Assembly: GCA_020723005.1 (NCBI GenBank)
Contig: DYJS01000004.1
Location: 1-40,986 of the forward strand
From: Candidatus Methylomirabilis sp.
GTDB lineage: Bacteria; Patescibacteriota; DYJS01
Direction of reading: 5' to 3'
Length of the DNA: 40,986 bases
In this document: one piece after another, positions 7,267 to 16,557 of the stretch
How the letters are laid out: each line of letters opens with the position of its first letter
How positions within the stretch are numbered: the stretch's first letter is position 1
The notes under the pieces: model-generated
What the model was told of the DNA's origin: nothing
Databases searched by the model: none
Seen by the model: the letters and a program-made list of their open reading frames with translations, nothing else
Program-made: the position numbers and the translations under genes

Positions 7267-9896
7267 TTTCTTAAATTTAATATTACAAATTTTAAAAGCG
7301 ATAAAATATAATTATCTACAAAATTTTTTGATGAGATATCGGTTAATTGATTGCAAAAATCAAAAACTTCTTTTTGCAAAGAATCCTTTAATTCCCCTTG
7401 TCTGTTTTTAAACTCCCTTTCAATTTTGTAAGTTAAAATTGGGTGCCAAATCATTTTTCTAGAGTCTTTTTTCTTTCCTTTCTCTTCAGATTCTTTTTTT
7501 AAAATCATTAAATCATGCAAATCCCGTAGTATTCCAGAACTCATTTTTGGTTTATTTTCCAAATTTTTATCATAATTTTTTCTCCATACAATTACATTAT
7601 TAGCTTCTTTTATAAAATCCCCCACTTCCTCATTTTTTATCACATCACCAAACAAAAATATACTTGCCTTATTTTTGGATTTATGAAAAAAATTAGAATT
7701 TTCTTTTAAGTTTGAAATATCTAATTTATCTTTCTTTGATTCTTTTTGATTTTTTTCCGAACTTTCTGCAACAAATTTTATTGGTGTAGAATGTTTAAAT
7801 GGTGTCGCACTCCAAGAGATGTGAATTTCTGGATTATTGCAAACAAATTTTTCAAATTCTTTATTCAAGTCATCAATCAAATTTAAAAAAGTTTTAGTTT
7901 CATCCTTTTCTCCGTTTCTATCATTTTTAATTTCGTCATTATTTACAAAAAATGGAGAAATCAAAAACAGATCATCTCCACCTGCATAAATTGTGTAAGT
8001 TTTTGGATAATTTTCTTTTAGCCAAAAATTTAGATACTCTGAAAAGAAAGTTTTTAAAAGATCTGACATCTGAGTGATTCGAGAAAGTGTAAAAAGATCT
8101 CTATTTTGAAAATCTTGAGATTTTTCATTTATTGTCCCAGAACTATAATATTCTTTGTTGTCTTGAATCAATGTTTTTTCATTTTGAGACAAAAGATCTG
8201 TTTTTTCATCAACTCTTAATCCTTCTGCAAAAAGTAATCCCAAATTATCAATATCTCCACGAATAGCGATTAAAGGTTTTTCTTCTGCCAATTTTTCAAA
8301 ATCAACAACTTCGTTTAATCCTTCTTTTGTTGTTAAAACATAATTTGCAACATTCAAAAACCTTGTATTTTGCAATTTTTTAATCTCTTCTCCTTCGCTG
8401 TTCTCATTTTTTCTTCCATCTTTTGCCTTTTCAAAAATTTTTTCACGATCTGGATTTATTAAAAGTCTTCTAAAGTTTTCTTTTTTTAAAAAAGAGATCT
8501 CAATTTTTTCATCAAATGAATAAAAAATTTCAAATTCATCTCTTACCATTTTTTCACCAAGGGAAATTTCTAAAAAACAATTTTCACAAATTTTCTTCTC
8601 TCCATTTTCCTCTTGAAGAGTTTTTGATAATTTCTTTGGTTTTTTACAGATTGGACATTTTATATTTTCAAAATCTTCAATATTTTTTTCAAATTCAAAA
8701 TTTCCAACAAAAACATCTTGCCAAGAATTTTCATCCTTTATTAAACTTTCAAATTGATTATTTCTTTCGTCTTGCAAATTTTCTGAAATTGATTCAAAAA
8801 TATCAAAAATATTTTCTTCGTCATCTTTTCCAGAAAAAGCATTTAATCCAAAATCTCTTGAATTCCAAATTGCAAAACGAAGTTCATAAAAATGTTTTTC
8901 TTTCAAAAAAAATTCAACTTTTTTTTTGATGTTTTTAATTAAATTATCAAAATTTTTTAAATCTGGAACAAGAATATAAAATTTCCCACCAGCTTGCATT
9001 AAAAGATTAGCTTCCGTCAAGCCAAATTCATGCAACACAACATCAGAAAAAATTTTCCCATAAATTTGAACCAAAGTACTTCTAGAGCGAAGTCTTTTTG
9101 CAACTTTCTCTCCTTCAATATCTGTAATAAATTTTTGAATTCCTAAAAAATCTCCAACTATAATTTTAAATTTAGTACATTCAATTTTTCTTTCTTTATC
9201 TTCCAATTTCCATTTATAAATACAATGAGAAATTGCAGAAACATCTTTAGAGTGTGTAAAAAGAGAGATATCAGTTTTTTCATTTCCTGTAAAATCTGGA
9301 ATGCTCCAAGTGTAAGTTTTTAAAACTTCTAACAAAAAAGAAATGATATCTTCAAAATTTGTGAAAGTAGAAATTGATTCTAAAGATTTTAACAATTCTT
9401 CAAAAGAAAAATAATGAGTTTGTAAAATGTTATTTTTTTCTTTTGGAATAATTTTTGAAATTTCAAATTTTGATTGATCAAAAAATTTGGTTTCTAATTC
9501 ACTTTGAAAATCTGGATGAATTTTTGTTTTTGAAAAAATTGAAGCCAAAAATCTATGAGAAAAATCTTTAAATTTCCCGTTCTCTGTTTCAACATATTGC
9601 AAATCTTCTCTTTCTGATGCATTTCCATGATCTGCAATCTTTATAATTTGAGTAAAAAGATCTAAATTTTTTTCTTTTGAGTGATGATTTTTAATTATTT
9701 CTAAAAATTTCGAAAAGTTTTCTTCTTTATCTTTATCTTCTAAAATTTTTTTAAAAGTTTCTTTTAAAGAATTTACAAAATCAACTCCAAAATCTGAGTG
9801 AGATTTTTGTTTCGTTTTCTCTGCTCGTTGTTTAAATTTTCCAATATCATGAAAAAGTGATCCAAGAATCAAAATTTTTTCATTAATATTCAACAA
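7263..9896 (-). CDS. cas10: Cas10/Csm1 with HD nuclease and Palm cyclase domains
   Basis: LFHDIGK (HD), GDFLGIQKFI, CPIC/CENC zinc finger, RGDIDNLG and YAGGDDL; TTG start. Confidence 0.97.
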   Translation of the reverse strand: MLNINEKILILGSLFHDIGKFKQRAEKTKQKSHSDFGVDFVNSLKETFKKILEDKDKEENFSKFLEIIKNHHSKEKNLDLFTQIIKIADHGNASEREDLQYVETENGKFKDFSHRFLASIFSKTKIHPDFQSELETKFFDQSKFEISKIIPKEKNNILQTHYFSFEELLKSLESISTFTNFEDIISFLLEVLKTYTWSIPDFTGNEKTDISLFTHSKDVSAISHCIYKWKLEDKERKIECTKFKIIVGDFLGIQKFITDIEGEKVAKRLRSRSTLVQIYGKIFSDVVLHEFGLTEANLLMQAGGKFYILVPDLKNFDNLIKNIKKKVEFFLKEKHFYELRFAIWNSRDFGLNAFSGKDDEENIFDIFESISENLQDERNNQFESLIKDENSWQDVFVGNFEFEKNIEDFENIKCPICKKPKKLSKTLQEENGEKKICENCFLEISLGEKMVRDEFEIFYSFDEKIEISFLKKENFRRLLINPDREKIFEKAKDGRKNENSEGEEIKKLQNTRFLNVANYVLTTKEGLNEVVDFEKLAEEKPLIAIRGDIDNLGLLFAEGLRVDEKTDLLSQNEKTLIQDNKEYYSSGTINEKSQDFQNRDLFTLSRITQMSDLLKTFFSEYLNFWLKENYPKTYTIYAGGDDLFLISPFFVNNDEIKNDRNGEKDETKTFLNLIDDLNKEFEKFVCNNPEIHISWSATPFKHSTPIKFVAESSEKNQKESKKDKLDISNLKENSNFFHKSKNKASIFLFGDVIKNEEVGDFIKEANNVIVWRKNYDKNLENKPKMSSGILRDLHDLMILKKESEEKGKKKDSRKMIWHPILTYKIEREFKNRQGELKDSLQKEVFDFCNQLTDISSKNFVDNYILSLLKFVILNLRK

Positions 9897-9921
9897 ATTT
9901 GTATTTTTCGTTTCAATTTCT

Positions 9922-9965
9922 AAACATCTCTATTTTTTTTTGCAAATAAAAAAATAGAGATGTTT
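9922..9965. promoter_or_regulatory. Perfect 18-bp inverted repeat just upstream of cas10 (operator, attenuator or terminator)
   Basis: AAACATCTCTATTTTTTT-8 nt-AAAAAAATAGAGATGTTT, 25 bp from the cas10 start. The repeat is seen directly; its function is inferred. Confidence 0.6.
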
Positions 9966-10219
9966 TTTACTAAATATATTTTATATTTTTATCTAAAAGA
10001 TCCAAATTTAATTTAAAAGTGTTCTAAAATTTCTTATTACTTAATTTTTAAAAAATAAAAGATGTATATTAAAATTGCAAAATCCAAAAAATTAAAAGAA
10101 GTTCACTTTTTAAAAATAATTTAACACAATCTGAAAAAATAAAATATTTTATGCAAAAAAATTCCAATTTATGTTTTATTTGAGGTTAGTTTTTGAATAA
10201 AATTTACAAGATCTAAAAA

Positions 10220-10480
10220 CTATTTTTCTAATTTTAATGCAAATTTATGAATGATGTTCCAAATTTCAACAATAAACTCTTCTGGTAAATCTAAACCTTT
10301 TCCCAAAGAAATTTTTGAATCCAAAACCTCTTTCCACCTTTTTTCATCAAGAGGTGGAAGATTTCTCTCTTTTTTAAATTTTCCAACTTTCAAAACAACC
10401 CTCATTCTTTCTGCCAAAAGTGAAATTATTGCAGAATCAATGAGATCAATTGATTTTCTAAAATCTTGCAAATCGTTCAT
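10220..10480 (-). CDS. Chorismate mutase type II (AroQ-like), standalone
   Basis: LQDFRKSIDLIDSAIISLLAERM..VGKFK...D.KR pattern. Confidence 0.9.
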   Translation of the reverse strand: MNDLQDFRKSIDLIDSAIISLLAERMRVVLKVGKFKKERNLPPLDEKRWKEVLDSKISLGKGLDLPEEFIVEIWNIIHKFALKLEK

Positions 10481-10553
10481 ATTAAAAATTTAATTTTAAA
10501 AAATTTTAACTATATATTTCTTACAAAAAAAATATTTTTAAAAAATTTATAGA

Positions 10554-11867
10554 TCAAAAAGATTGGGATTTATCAACTTCAAATTCCTTCTTACCAACTT
10601 CTCTTTGATATTTTTGAAACTGAAAAATTGTTAGAATCAAAACAATAAATGTAACAAAATTTGTTGTCATCGCTGTTCCAATATATGAAAATCTTGGAAT
10701 TAAAAATATATTCAAAATTATGCTAACCAAAACCCCAACAAAGGCTGGAAAAATCAAAAAATTCTGTTTTCCACGACTAACTAAAAGATAATTTAAAACA
10801 CTTGTTGGAAAAGAAAAAATTGCAGAAATAACGAGCAAATTTAGTGCAGAAACCGATCCTGTTGCAACAAAATCTTTTCCAAAAATTCGAAAACTCTCTT
10901 TTTGAAAAAAACTTGGATCAGAATCTGTGTAGATATTTATGATATATTTTGAAGTTAAAAATGTGAACAAAACACCAACTATTGCAAGAATTGTCATTAA
11001 AAAAGAAACTTTTTTTGCAAGTTTGATTGCAGAAATTTTTGTTCCTGTTGCAAGAATTGGAAAAAAAGTTCCCATTAAAATTTGTGGAACAATTCCTGTA
11101 AATTCAACAATTCTAAAAGCTGGTCGATAAATTCCAACAGCTGTTTCTGATTTCAAAAAAGAGAGAATCACTGAATCTATTCTAAAATATGCTAAAGTAA
11201 ACATCATCGCAATTCCAAGTGGCAAAGCTTCAATCAAAAAATTTTTCCAAGATGTAAAATCAAAAATAATTTTTACCTTCATCTCTTGCTGAACAAAAAA
11301 CCAAGAAATTGCCAGTGTCACAATATCTCCAATCGTAACAATAAAAATTAAAATCTCTAAACTCCAATTCAAATTTATTCCAACAATTGTCAAAATAAGC
11401 TCTGCAAACCTTCCAACCGTTTCCCCAAAAACAAGTTTCCAAAGTTTAAAATCTACTTGAAAATTTGATGAAAAAACCTGATTAACATCTCCTGCTAATT
11501 GTCCAAAAATTAAAATTAGGATTGACCATTTAATATGCTCATTGTATGGTGTAAAAATCATCAAAAAAAGTGCAAAAATATAAACTACACTTCCAGAAAA
11601 AATTCTAAAACCAAGAAAGTTTCCAAAAACATTTTCTCGTTCGTTTTGAGTTTTAGCTTGTGCCATCATACGAACAAGAATCAGATAAATTCCAAAATCC
11701 AAAATTGTTGCAAAAGTCCAAAGATAAATTTTTGGGATTTCATATTCCCCACTCCCTGAAGCCCCTAAACCACTCGCAACAACTCTAGCTGTTAACAAAA
11801 CAAGAACCACTCCAAAAATTCTACCAACAAGATGAATAATCGCATTTGAATAAACTTTTTTGGACAA
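10554..11867 (-). CDS. Wzx/PST-family polysaccharide flippase
   Basis: Many TM segments; DFGI, RIDSVILS..VGIY and NIFLIPRFSYIGTA motifs. Confidence 0.88.
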   Translation of the reverse strand: MSKKVYSNAIIHLVGRIFGVVLVLLTARVVASGLGASGSGEYEIPKIYLWTFATILDFGIYLILVRMMAQAKTQNERENVFGNFLGFRIFSGSVVYIFALFLMIFTPYNEHIKWSILILIFGQLAGDVNQVFSSNFQVDFKLWKLVFGETVGRFAELILTIVGINLNWSLEILIFIVTIGDIVTLAISWFFVQQEMKVKIIFDFTSWKNFLIEALPLGIAMMFTLAYFRIDSVILSFLKSETAVGIYRPAFRIVEFTGIVPQILMGTFFPILATGTKISAIKLAKKVSFLMTILAIVGVLFTFLTSKYIINIYTDSDPSFFQKESFRIFGKDFVATGSVSALNLLVISAIFSFPTSVLNYLLVSRGKQNFLIFPAFVGVLVSIILNIFLIPRFSYIGTAMTTNFVTFIVLILTIFQFQKYQREVGKKEFEVDKSQSF

Positions 11868-12089
11868 AAAAGTGATAAAATCAAAACAAAACTAAAAAAT
11901 AAAATTCTATTGTAAAATTCCAAAAAATATTTAGTTTAAAAAAACAATTTCTAAAAAAGAATAAATATATTTTAAAAAAATTTTTATGAATAATGAAGGA
12001 ATCCTGCCATAAATAATAAATCTTTGTTCATTCTTGAATTTGTTCGTGAAGTATACACACTATAAGACCAAACAACAATCTAATCTGAT

Positions 12090-13466
12090 TTATTTCCCTA
12101 TACAAAAGTTATGAAAAACTGAATCCAAAATATCTGGTTTAAATTTTTCACCTAAAAGCTCTGAAATTTCATCTAATGCAATTTTCAAGTTTTCTGCAAT
12201 TAGTTCAAGATTTTTCTCTTTTTTTGCAAGATTTAAAGATGAAAAAATTTCAAAAAGCTTCTCTTTTTGTCTCTCTGTGGAAACAATTATACTTTCTTCA
12301 GAAATTTTATCTTCTCCAATCAATTTTTCATAAATTTTTCTTTTGAGATCTTCTATATTTTTTTGAAATTTTACAGAGATCAAAGAAATAGAATTTTTTG
12401 AAAATTTTTTCTCTTCAAAAAATTTTTCAACATCTTTTTTAAAAGAAAAATCTTCATTGTCTATTTTATTTATGACGAATATAAAGTTTTTTATTGAAAG
12501 TTTTAAAGTTTCAAAAATTTTCATAGAGTCTAAAAAATTTTCTTGATCCAAAACCCAAAGCACAACATCAGAAAAACTAATCTCTTCTTTTGATTTTGCA
12601 ATTCCAAAGTTTTCAATTGGATCGGAAGAATTTTCATTTATTCCTGCTGTATCAACCAAAATTATTGGAAGTCCAAAAAGATCAATTTTTGATTCAATCG
12701 TATCTCTCGTTGTTCCCGGAATGTTCGTAACAATCGCTTTTTCCTTTCCAACAAAAAAATTGAAAAGTGAAGATTTTCCAGAATTTGGAAGGCCTGCCAA
12801 AACAACTTTCGCACCTTGTTCCAAAATTTTTCCAATTTTATATGTAGAAATTGTTTTTTCAATCTCTTCTAAAACTTCTTCCAAAATTTTTTTGTTTTCT
12901 GGAAGATCAAAAATTGGCAAATCGTCTTTATCATAAAAATCTAAATTAGCTTCAACCTCTGCTAAAAACTTTGTAATAATTTTTTTCCACTCAAAAATTT
13001 TTTTTGAAAAACCACCTGATAAATTTTCCAAAGATTTTTTTGTTGCAAAATTAGTTGTTGAATGAATGAGATTTGCAACAGATTCTGCTTGAACAAGATC
13101 TATTTTTCCATTTAAAAAAGCTCGTTTAGTAAATTCTCCGGGCTCTGCAATTCTTGCTCCTTTTGAAATTAAAAGAGATAAAATTCTATTTAAAATTATT
13201 GTGTTTCCATGAACCTGAAATTCAACCAAATCTTCTCCCGTATAACTTTTAGGAGATACAAAAAAAATTATTATTCCAGTTTCTACTTTTTCACTTTTAT
13301 CAAAAATATCTGAAATGTGAGCAAATCTTGGTTTTATATCTTTTATTTTTGTAATGCTTTTTGCAATTTTAAAAGAAAGATTTCCTGAAATTCTAACAAT
13401 TCCAATTCCAGAAGTTCCAATTGGTGTAGAAATTGCACAAATTGTATCTGATAAAAAACTTTTTAT
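12090..13466 (-). CDS. mnmE: tRNA modification GTPase MnmE; real start is upstream of the ORF track call
   Basis: Frame stays open from 13229 up to 13475, encoding DTICAISTPIGTSGIGIVRISG and PKSYTGED; also GLPNSGKSS, IPGTTRD, DTAG, NKID and terminal FCIGK. No in-frame ATG/GTG/TTG upstream; ATA at 13464-13466 is the proposed start. Confidence 0.93.
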   Translation of the reverse strand: MKSFLSDTICAISTPIGTSGIGIVRISGNLSFKIAKSITKIKDIKPRFAHISDIFDKSEKVETGIIIFFVSPKSYTGEDLVEFQVHGNTIILNRILSLLISKGARIAEPGEFTKRAFLNGKIDLVQAESVANLIHSTTNFATKKSLENLSGGFSKKIFEWKKIITKFLAEVEANLDFYDKDDLPIFDLPENKKILEEVLEEIEKTISTYKIGKILEQGAKVVLAGLPNSGKSSLFNFFVGKEKAIVTNIPGTTRDTIESKIDLFGLPIILVDTAGINENSSDPIENFGIAKSKEEISFSDVVLWVLDQENFLDSMKIFETLKLSIKNFIFVINKIDNEDFSFKKDVEKFFEEKKFSKNSISLISVKFQKNIEDLKRKIYEKLIGEDKISEESIIVSTERQKEKLFEIFSSLNLAKKEKNLELIAENLKIALDEISELLGEKFKPDILDSVFHNFCIGK

Positions 13467-13603
13467 AAAATTTTTTTACAAAGTTTTTCTAAAGATTTTT
13501 TTAAAAAAATAAAAGGTGCTTTTTAAAAACTCTACAATTTTTATTTTTAAAATCATATTGAAAAGTTTAATATATCTCTTAGATAAAGTTTGGAAAAAGA
13601 TAT

Positions 13604-15094
13604 ATGGAGAAATCGAAAATTACAAAACAATCTGAAAATTTTTCTGAGTGGTATTTAGATGTTGTTCGTGAAGCTGGACTTTCTGAAAATTCTGAAGTTC
13701 GTGGTTGTGGAATTATCAAGCCATACGGATTTAAAATTTGGGAGTTGATTAAAAAATTTTTATCACAAGAGATTGAAGCAACAGGTGTGGAAAATGTTTA
13801 TTTTCCATCACTTGTTCCAATGGAAAATTTTGAAAAAGAGAAAAATCATGTTGAAGGATTTTCACCAGAACTTGCTGTTGTAACACATGGTGGTGGAGAA
13901 AAACTTGAAAAACCTTTCGCTGTTCGTCCAACTTCCGAAGCTGCAATGTATGGAGCATATGCTCGTTGGATTAAGTCTTATAGAGATTTACCTTTAAGAC
14001 TTAATCAATGGAACAATGTTATTCGTTGGGAAAAAAGACCTAGACCATTTTTGAGATGGAGTGAATTTTTATGGCAAGAGGGACACACAGTTTTTGAAAC
14101 AGAGGAGGAAGCAAAAAAAGAGATGTGGCAGATGCTCGATATTTATGCAAAAGTTTGTGAAAATTATTTATGTTTGCCAGTTTTGAAAGGAAGGAAATCT
14201 GAAAATGAAAAATTTGCTGGTGCGGTCATCACATCTACAATTGAATCTATGGCGAAAGATGGAAAATCAATTCAAGCAGGAACTTCTCACTATCTTGGTC
14301 AAAATTTTTCAAAAGTTTTCGGAGTAAAATTTTTAGATCGTAAAGGGAAAGAGCAATTTGCTCATCAAAATTCTTGGGGTGCTTCTTGGAGACTTGTTGG
14401 ATCTGTGATTATGGGACATGGAGACGATCATGGACTTCGACTTCCAACTCCAATAGCTCCAATACAAATTGTGATTTTACCAATTTATCGCACTGATGAA
14501 AATTTGGAAGAATTAGAATCAGCAGGACAACTTTCACAAAAAGTATCAGTTATGGATTTTTATATCAATGGATTAAAAGTTTTTGAAAATTTACAAAAAA
14601 ATTATCGTGTAAAGATTGACGAAAGAATGGATTTGAGACCGGGATTTAAATTTAATGAATGGGAATTAAAAGGTGTTCCAATTCGTGTTGAAATTGGAGT
14701 CAAAGAAGTTGAGAGCAAAACTGCTATAATTTTTAGAAGAGATACAATGCAAAGAAAAATTGTACAGATTGAAAACTTGGAAGATGAGATAAAACTTGCA
14801 ATTGAAGCACACGATAAGAATCTCTTTTTACAAGCATTGGCATTTCGAGAACAACATACTTTTCGAATTGAAAATTTTTCTGACTTTGAAATTGGAGTAA
14901 AAAAAGATATTGCTGGATATTTTGATGTTTCTTGGTGTGAAGATCCAAATTGTGAAAAAGAGATTAAAGAAAAAACTTCAGCAGTTAGTAGAGTTTTACC
15001 AACCAAAAATGAAAATAAATTACCAAAAAATTCAAAATGTTTTCACTGCGGAAAACCTGCAAAACATGATTGGATTTTTGCAAGAAGTTATTAA
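13604..15094 (+). CDS. proS: Proline--tRNA ligase (archaeal/eukaryote-type)
   Basis: FSEWY, RPTSE, RWEK..PFLR.EFLWQEGHT, QAGTSHYLGQNF, C-terminal Cys cluster and FARSY end. Confidence 0.97.
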   Translation: MEKSKITKQSENFSEWYLDVVREAGLSENSEVRGCGIIKPYGFKIWELIKKFLSQEIEATGVENVYFPSLVPMENFEKEKNHVEGFSPELAVVTHGGGEKLEKPFAVRPTSEAAMYGAYARWIKSYRDLPLRLNQWNNVIRWEKRPRPFLRWSEFLWQEGHTVFETEEEAKKEMWQMLDIYAKVCENYLCLPVLKGRKSENEKFAGAVITSTIESMAKDGKSIQAGTSHYLGQNFSKVFGVKFLDRKGKEQFAHQNSWGASWRLVGSVIMGHGDDHGLRLPTPIAPIQIVILPIYRTDENLEELESAGQLSQKVSVMDFYINGLKVFENLQKNYRVKIDERMDLRPGFKFNEWELKGVPIRVEIGVKEVESKTAIIFRRDTMQRKIVQIENLEDEIKLAIEAHDKNLFLQALAFREQHTFRIENFSDFEIGVKKDIAGYFDVSWCEDPNCEKEIKEKTSAVSRVLPTKNENKLPKNSKCFHCGKPAKHDWIFARSY

Positions 15095-15289
15095 TTCGCT
15101 AAAACTAAATTTTTACTTAATATATGAACTGTATCAGGGTATTTACCTTTTTTAATAAATATATAAAAATAAAAAATTTTATTTTTTAATTAATTATAAA
15201 AAACTTTATAAGAATTCATATTTTTTAGTTTATATTCTAACATTTTTAACATTTCTTCAGTGTTGAAAAATAAAAAAAGACAAGAGTTG

Positions 15290-15356
15290 TTTGTCATGGT
15301 GAGCCTGTCGAACCATAAACCACAACAAAAATCCTTGACAGGCTCAGGATGACAAA
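15290..15356. repeat. REP/RPE-like palindromic element
   Basis: Arms TTTGTCATGGTGAGCCTGTCGA and TTGACAGGCTCAGGATGACAAA pair almost fully (GG/GG mismatch); inner ATGGT/ACCAT stem; GC-rich within AT-rich DNA between convergent genes. Confidence 0.8.
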
Positions 15357-15412
15357 AGAAAAGATTTTAAGAAAAACATAGAAACAAAAATTTTTGTTCC
15401 TCACGAGAGATG

Positions 15413-15440
15413 AAAAGGTTCAAGTCAAAAAACTTGAACC
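15413..15440 (-). terminator. Intrinsic terminator for the DUF4097-like gene
   Basis: 9-bp perfect stem GGTTCAAGT/ACTTGAACC, 6-nt loop, then TTTT on the minus strand, 10 nt after the stop at 15451. Confidence 0.7.
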
Positions 15441-15450
15441 CGCGGAAGAA

Positions 15451-16519
15451 TTATCCTATATTCACACTTCCACTATTAACTTCTAAATTCAAAGAATTTA
15501 ATGGTTCTTCTTTTCCAAAATATCCTTTCAAGGATTGTTCTCCACCGTTACGGCTACCAATTGATATTACATTTCCACCATTTCTAATATAAACACTATT
15601 CCCAGAAGATTTTTGACCTTTTTCATCACTTTCTTCTAAGGTAGTGAAACCAGACTTTGGTTTTTCCATATTTCCAGATCTTACTCTTACATATATTGTA
15701 GCACCTTCAATACTTTTAACCCTTATGCTTCCACTATTGCAAATTATGTTTGAGTAATTTTCTATTTGTAATTCATCAATTCTCACACTGCCACTATTTG
15801 TTCTAATTCTAATTGAACCTTTTACTGAATCAATATCAATATTTCCACTCTTAACACGAGCATCTAGTTCACCCTCAACTCTTCCAATTGTTAAATCTCC
15901 GCTATTTTGATCAACCTCCAAAGAACCAATAATTTCTCCAACTTCAATATCTCCAGAATTTCCAGAAAATCTAACATTGCCTCGCAATTTTTCAACCCTA
16001 GTTTCTCCAGATTCATTTCTTAAAATTGTTCTTATATCTTTTTCTGGAACTTGAACTATTGTTTCAGTTGTTTTTGAACAACCAGTTTCTCCATCGGAAT
16101 TTGGATTTACTTTTTTTCCGTTTATCCAAACTTCATCATTTGTAATTGAACTATTATTATTCAAAAAATTACTTATTACAACATTTCCTTTGCCAACAAT
16201 AATTACAGAACTTTCAGAAACACCTGATGATTTAGATTTTGCAACAACCCTGTTTCCATCGTATTCAAGAGTATCAAAACCAGAGCCGTTTTCGTTTTTT
16301 ACTTCAGAGTCTTTTCCTTCAATAATTGTTCTTGCAATAATTTTTGGTTTGCCTTCTGTTATTTCTACAACAATACTTCCTCCAGATGACTCAACCAAAA
16401 CTTCTTGCAATTTTTCTGGATCAAGTTCGATGATTTCTTCGATTATTCTTTTCCCTTTCTCGTCTTTAACTACTCTCTCTCTCTCTCGATTTGTCTTGTT
16501 CTTGTATTTTGTTTAGCAT
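15451..16519 (-). CDS. DUF4097/adhesin-like beta-repeat protein, frameshifted near its 5' end (phase-variable or pseudogene; in-frame TTG at 16410)
   Basis: Repeated (N/K)SG(D/S/N)IxI units and terminal VNSGSVNI. The ATG at 16519 is out of frame with the body across a GA tract. Confidence 0.75.
16473..16487 (-). repeat. (GA)7G simple sequence repeat
   Basis: CTCTCTCTCTCTCTC on the plus strand. Confidence 0.9.
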
Positions 16520-16557
16520 TTTTTTAATTTAATTATTAAAATTTTAATTTTTAAAAA

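Noticed and set aside
11990-12089. Slightly less AT-rich stretch between mnmE and the flippase, as a possible sRNA or small ORF
   Set aside because: Only a ~15-codon ORF and no convincing structure or known motif.
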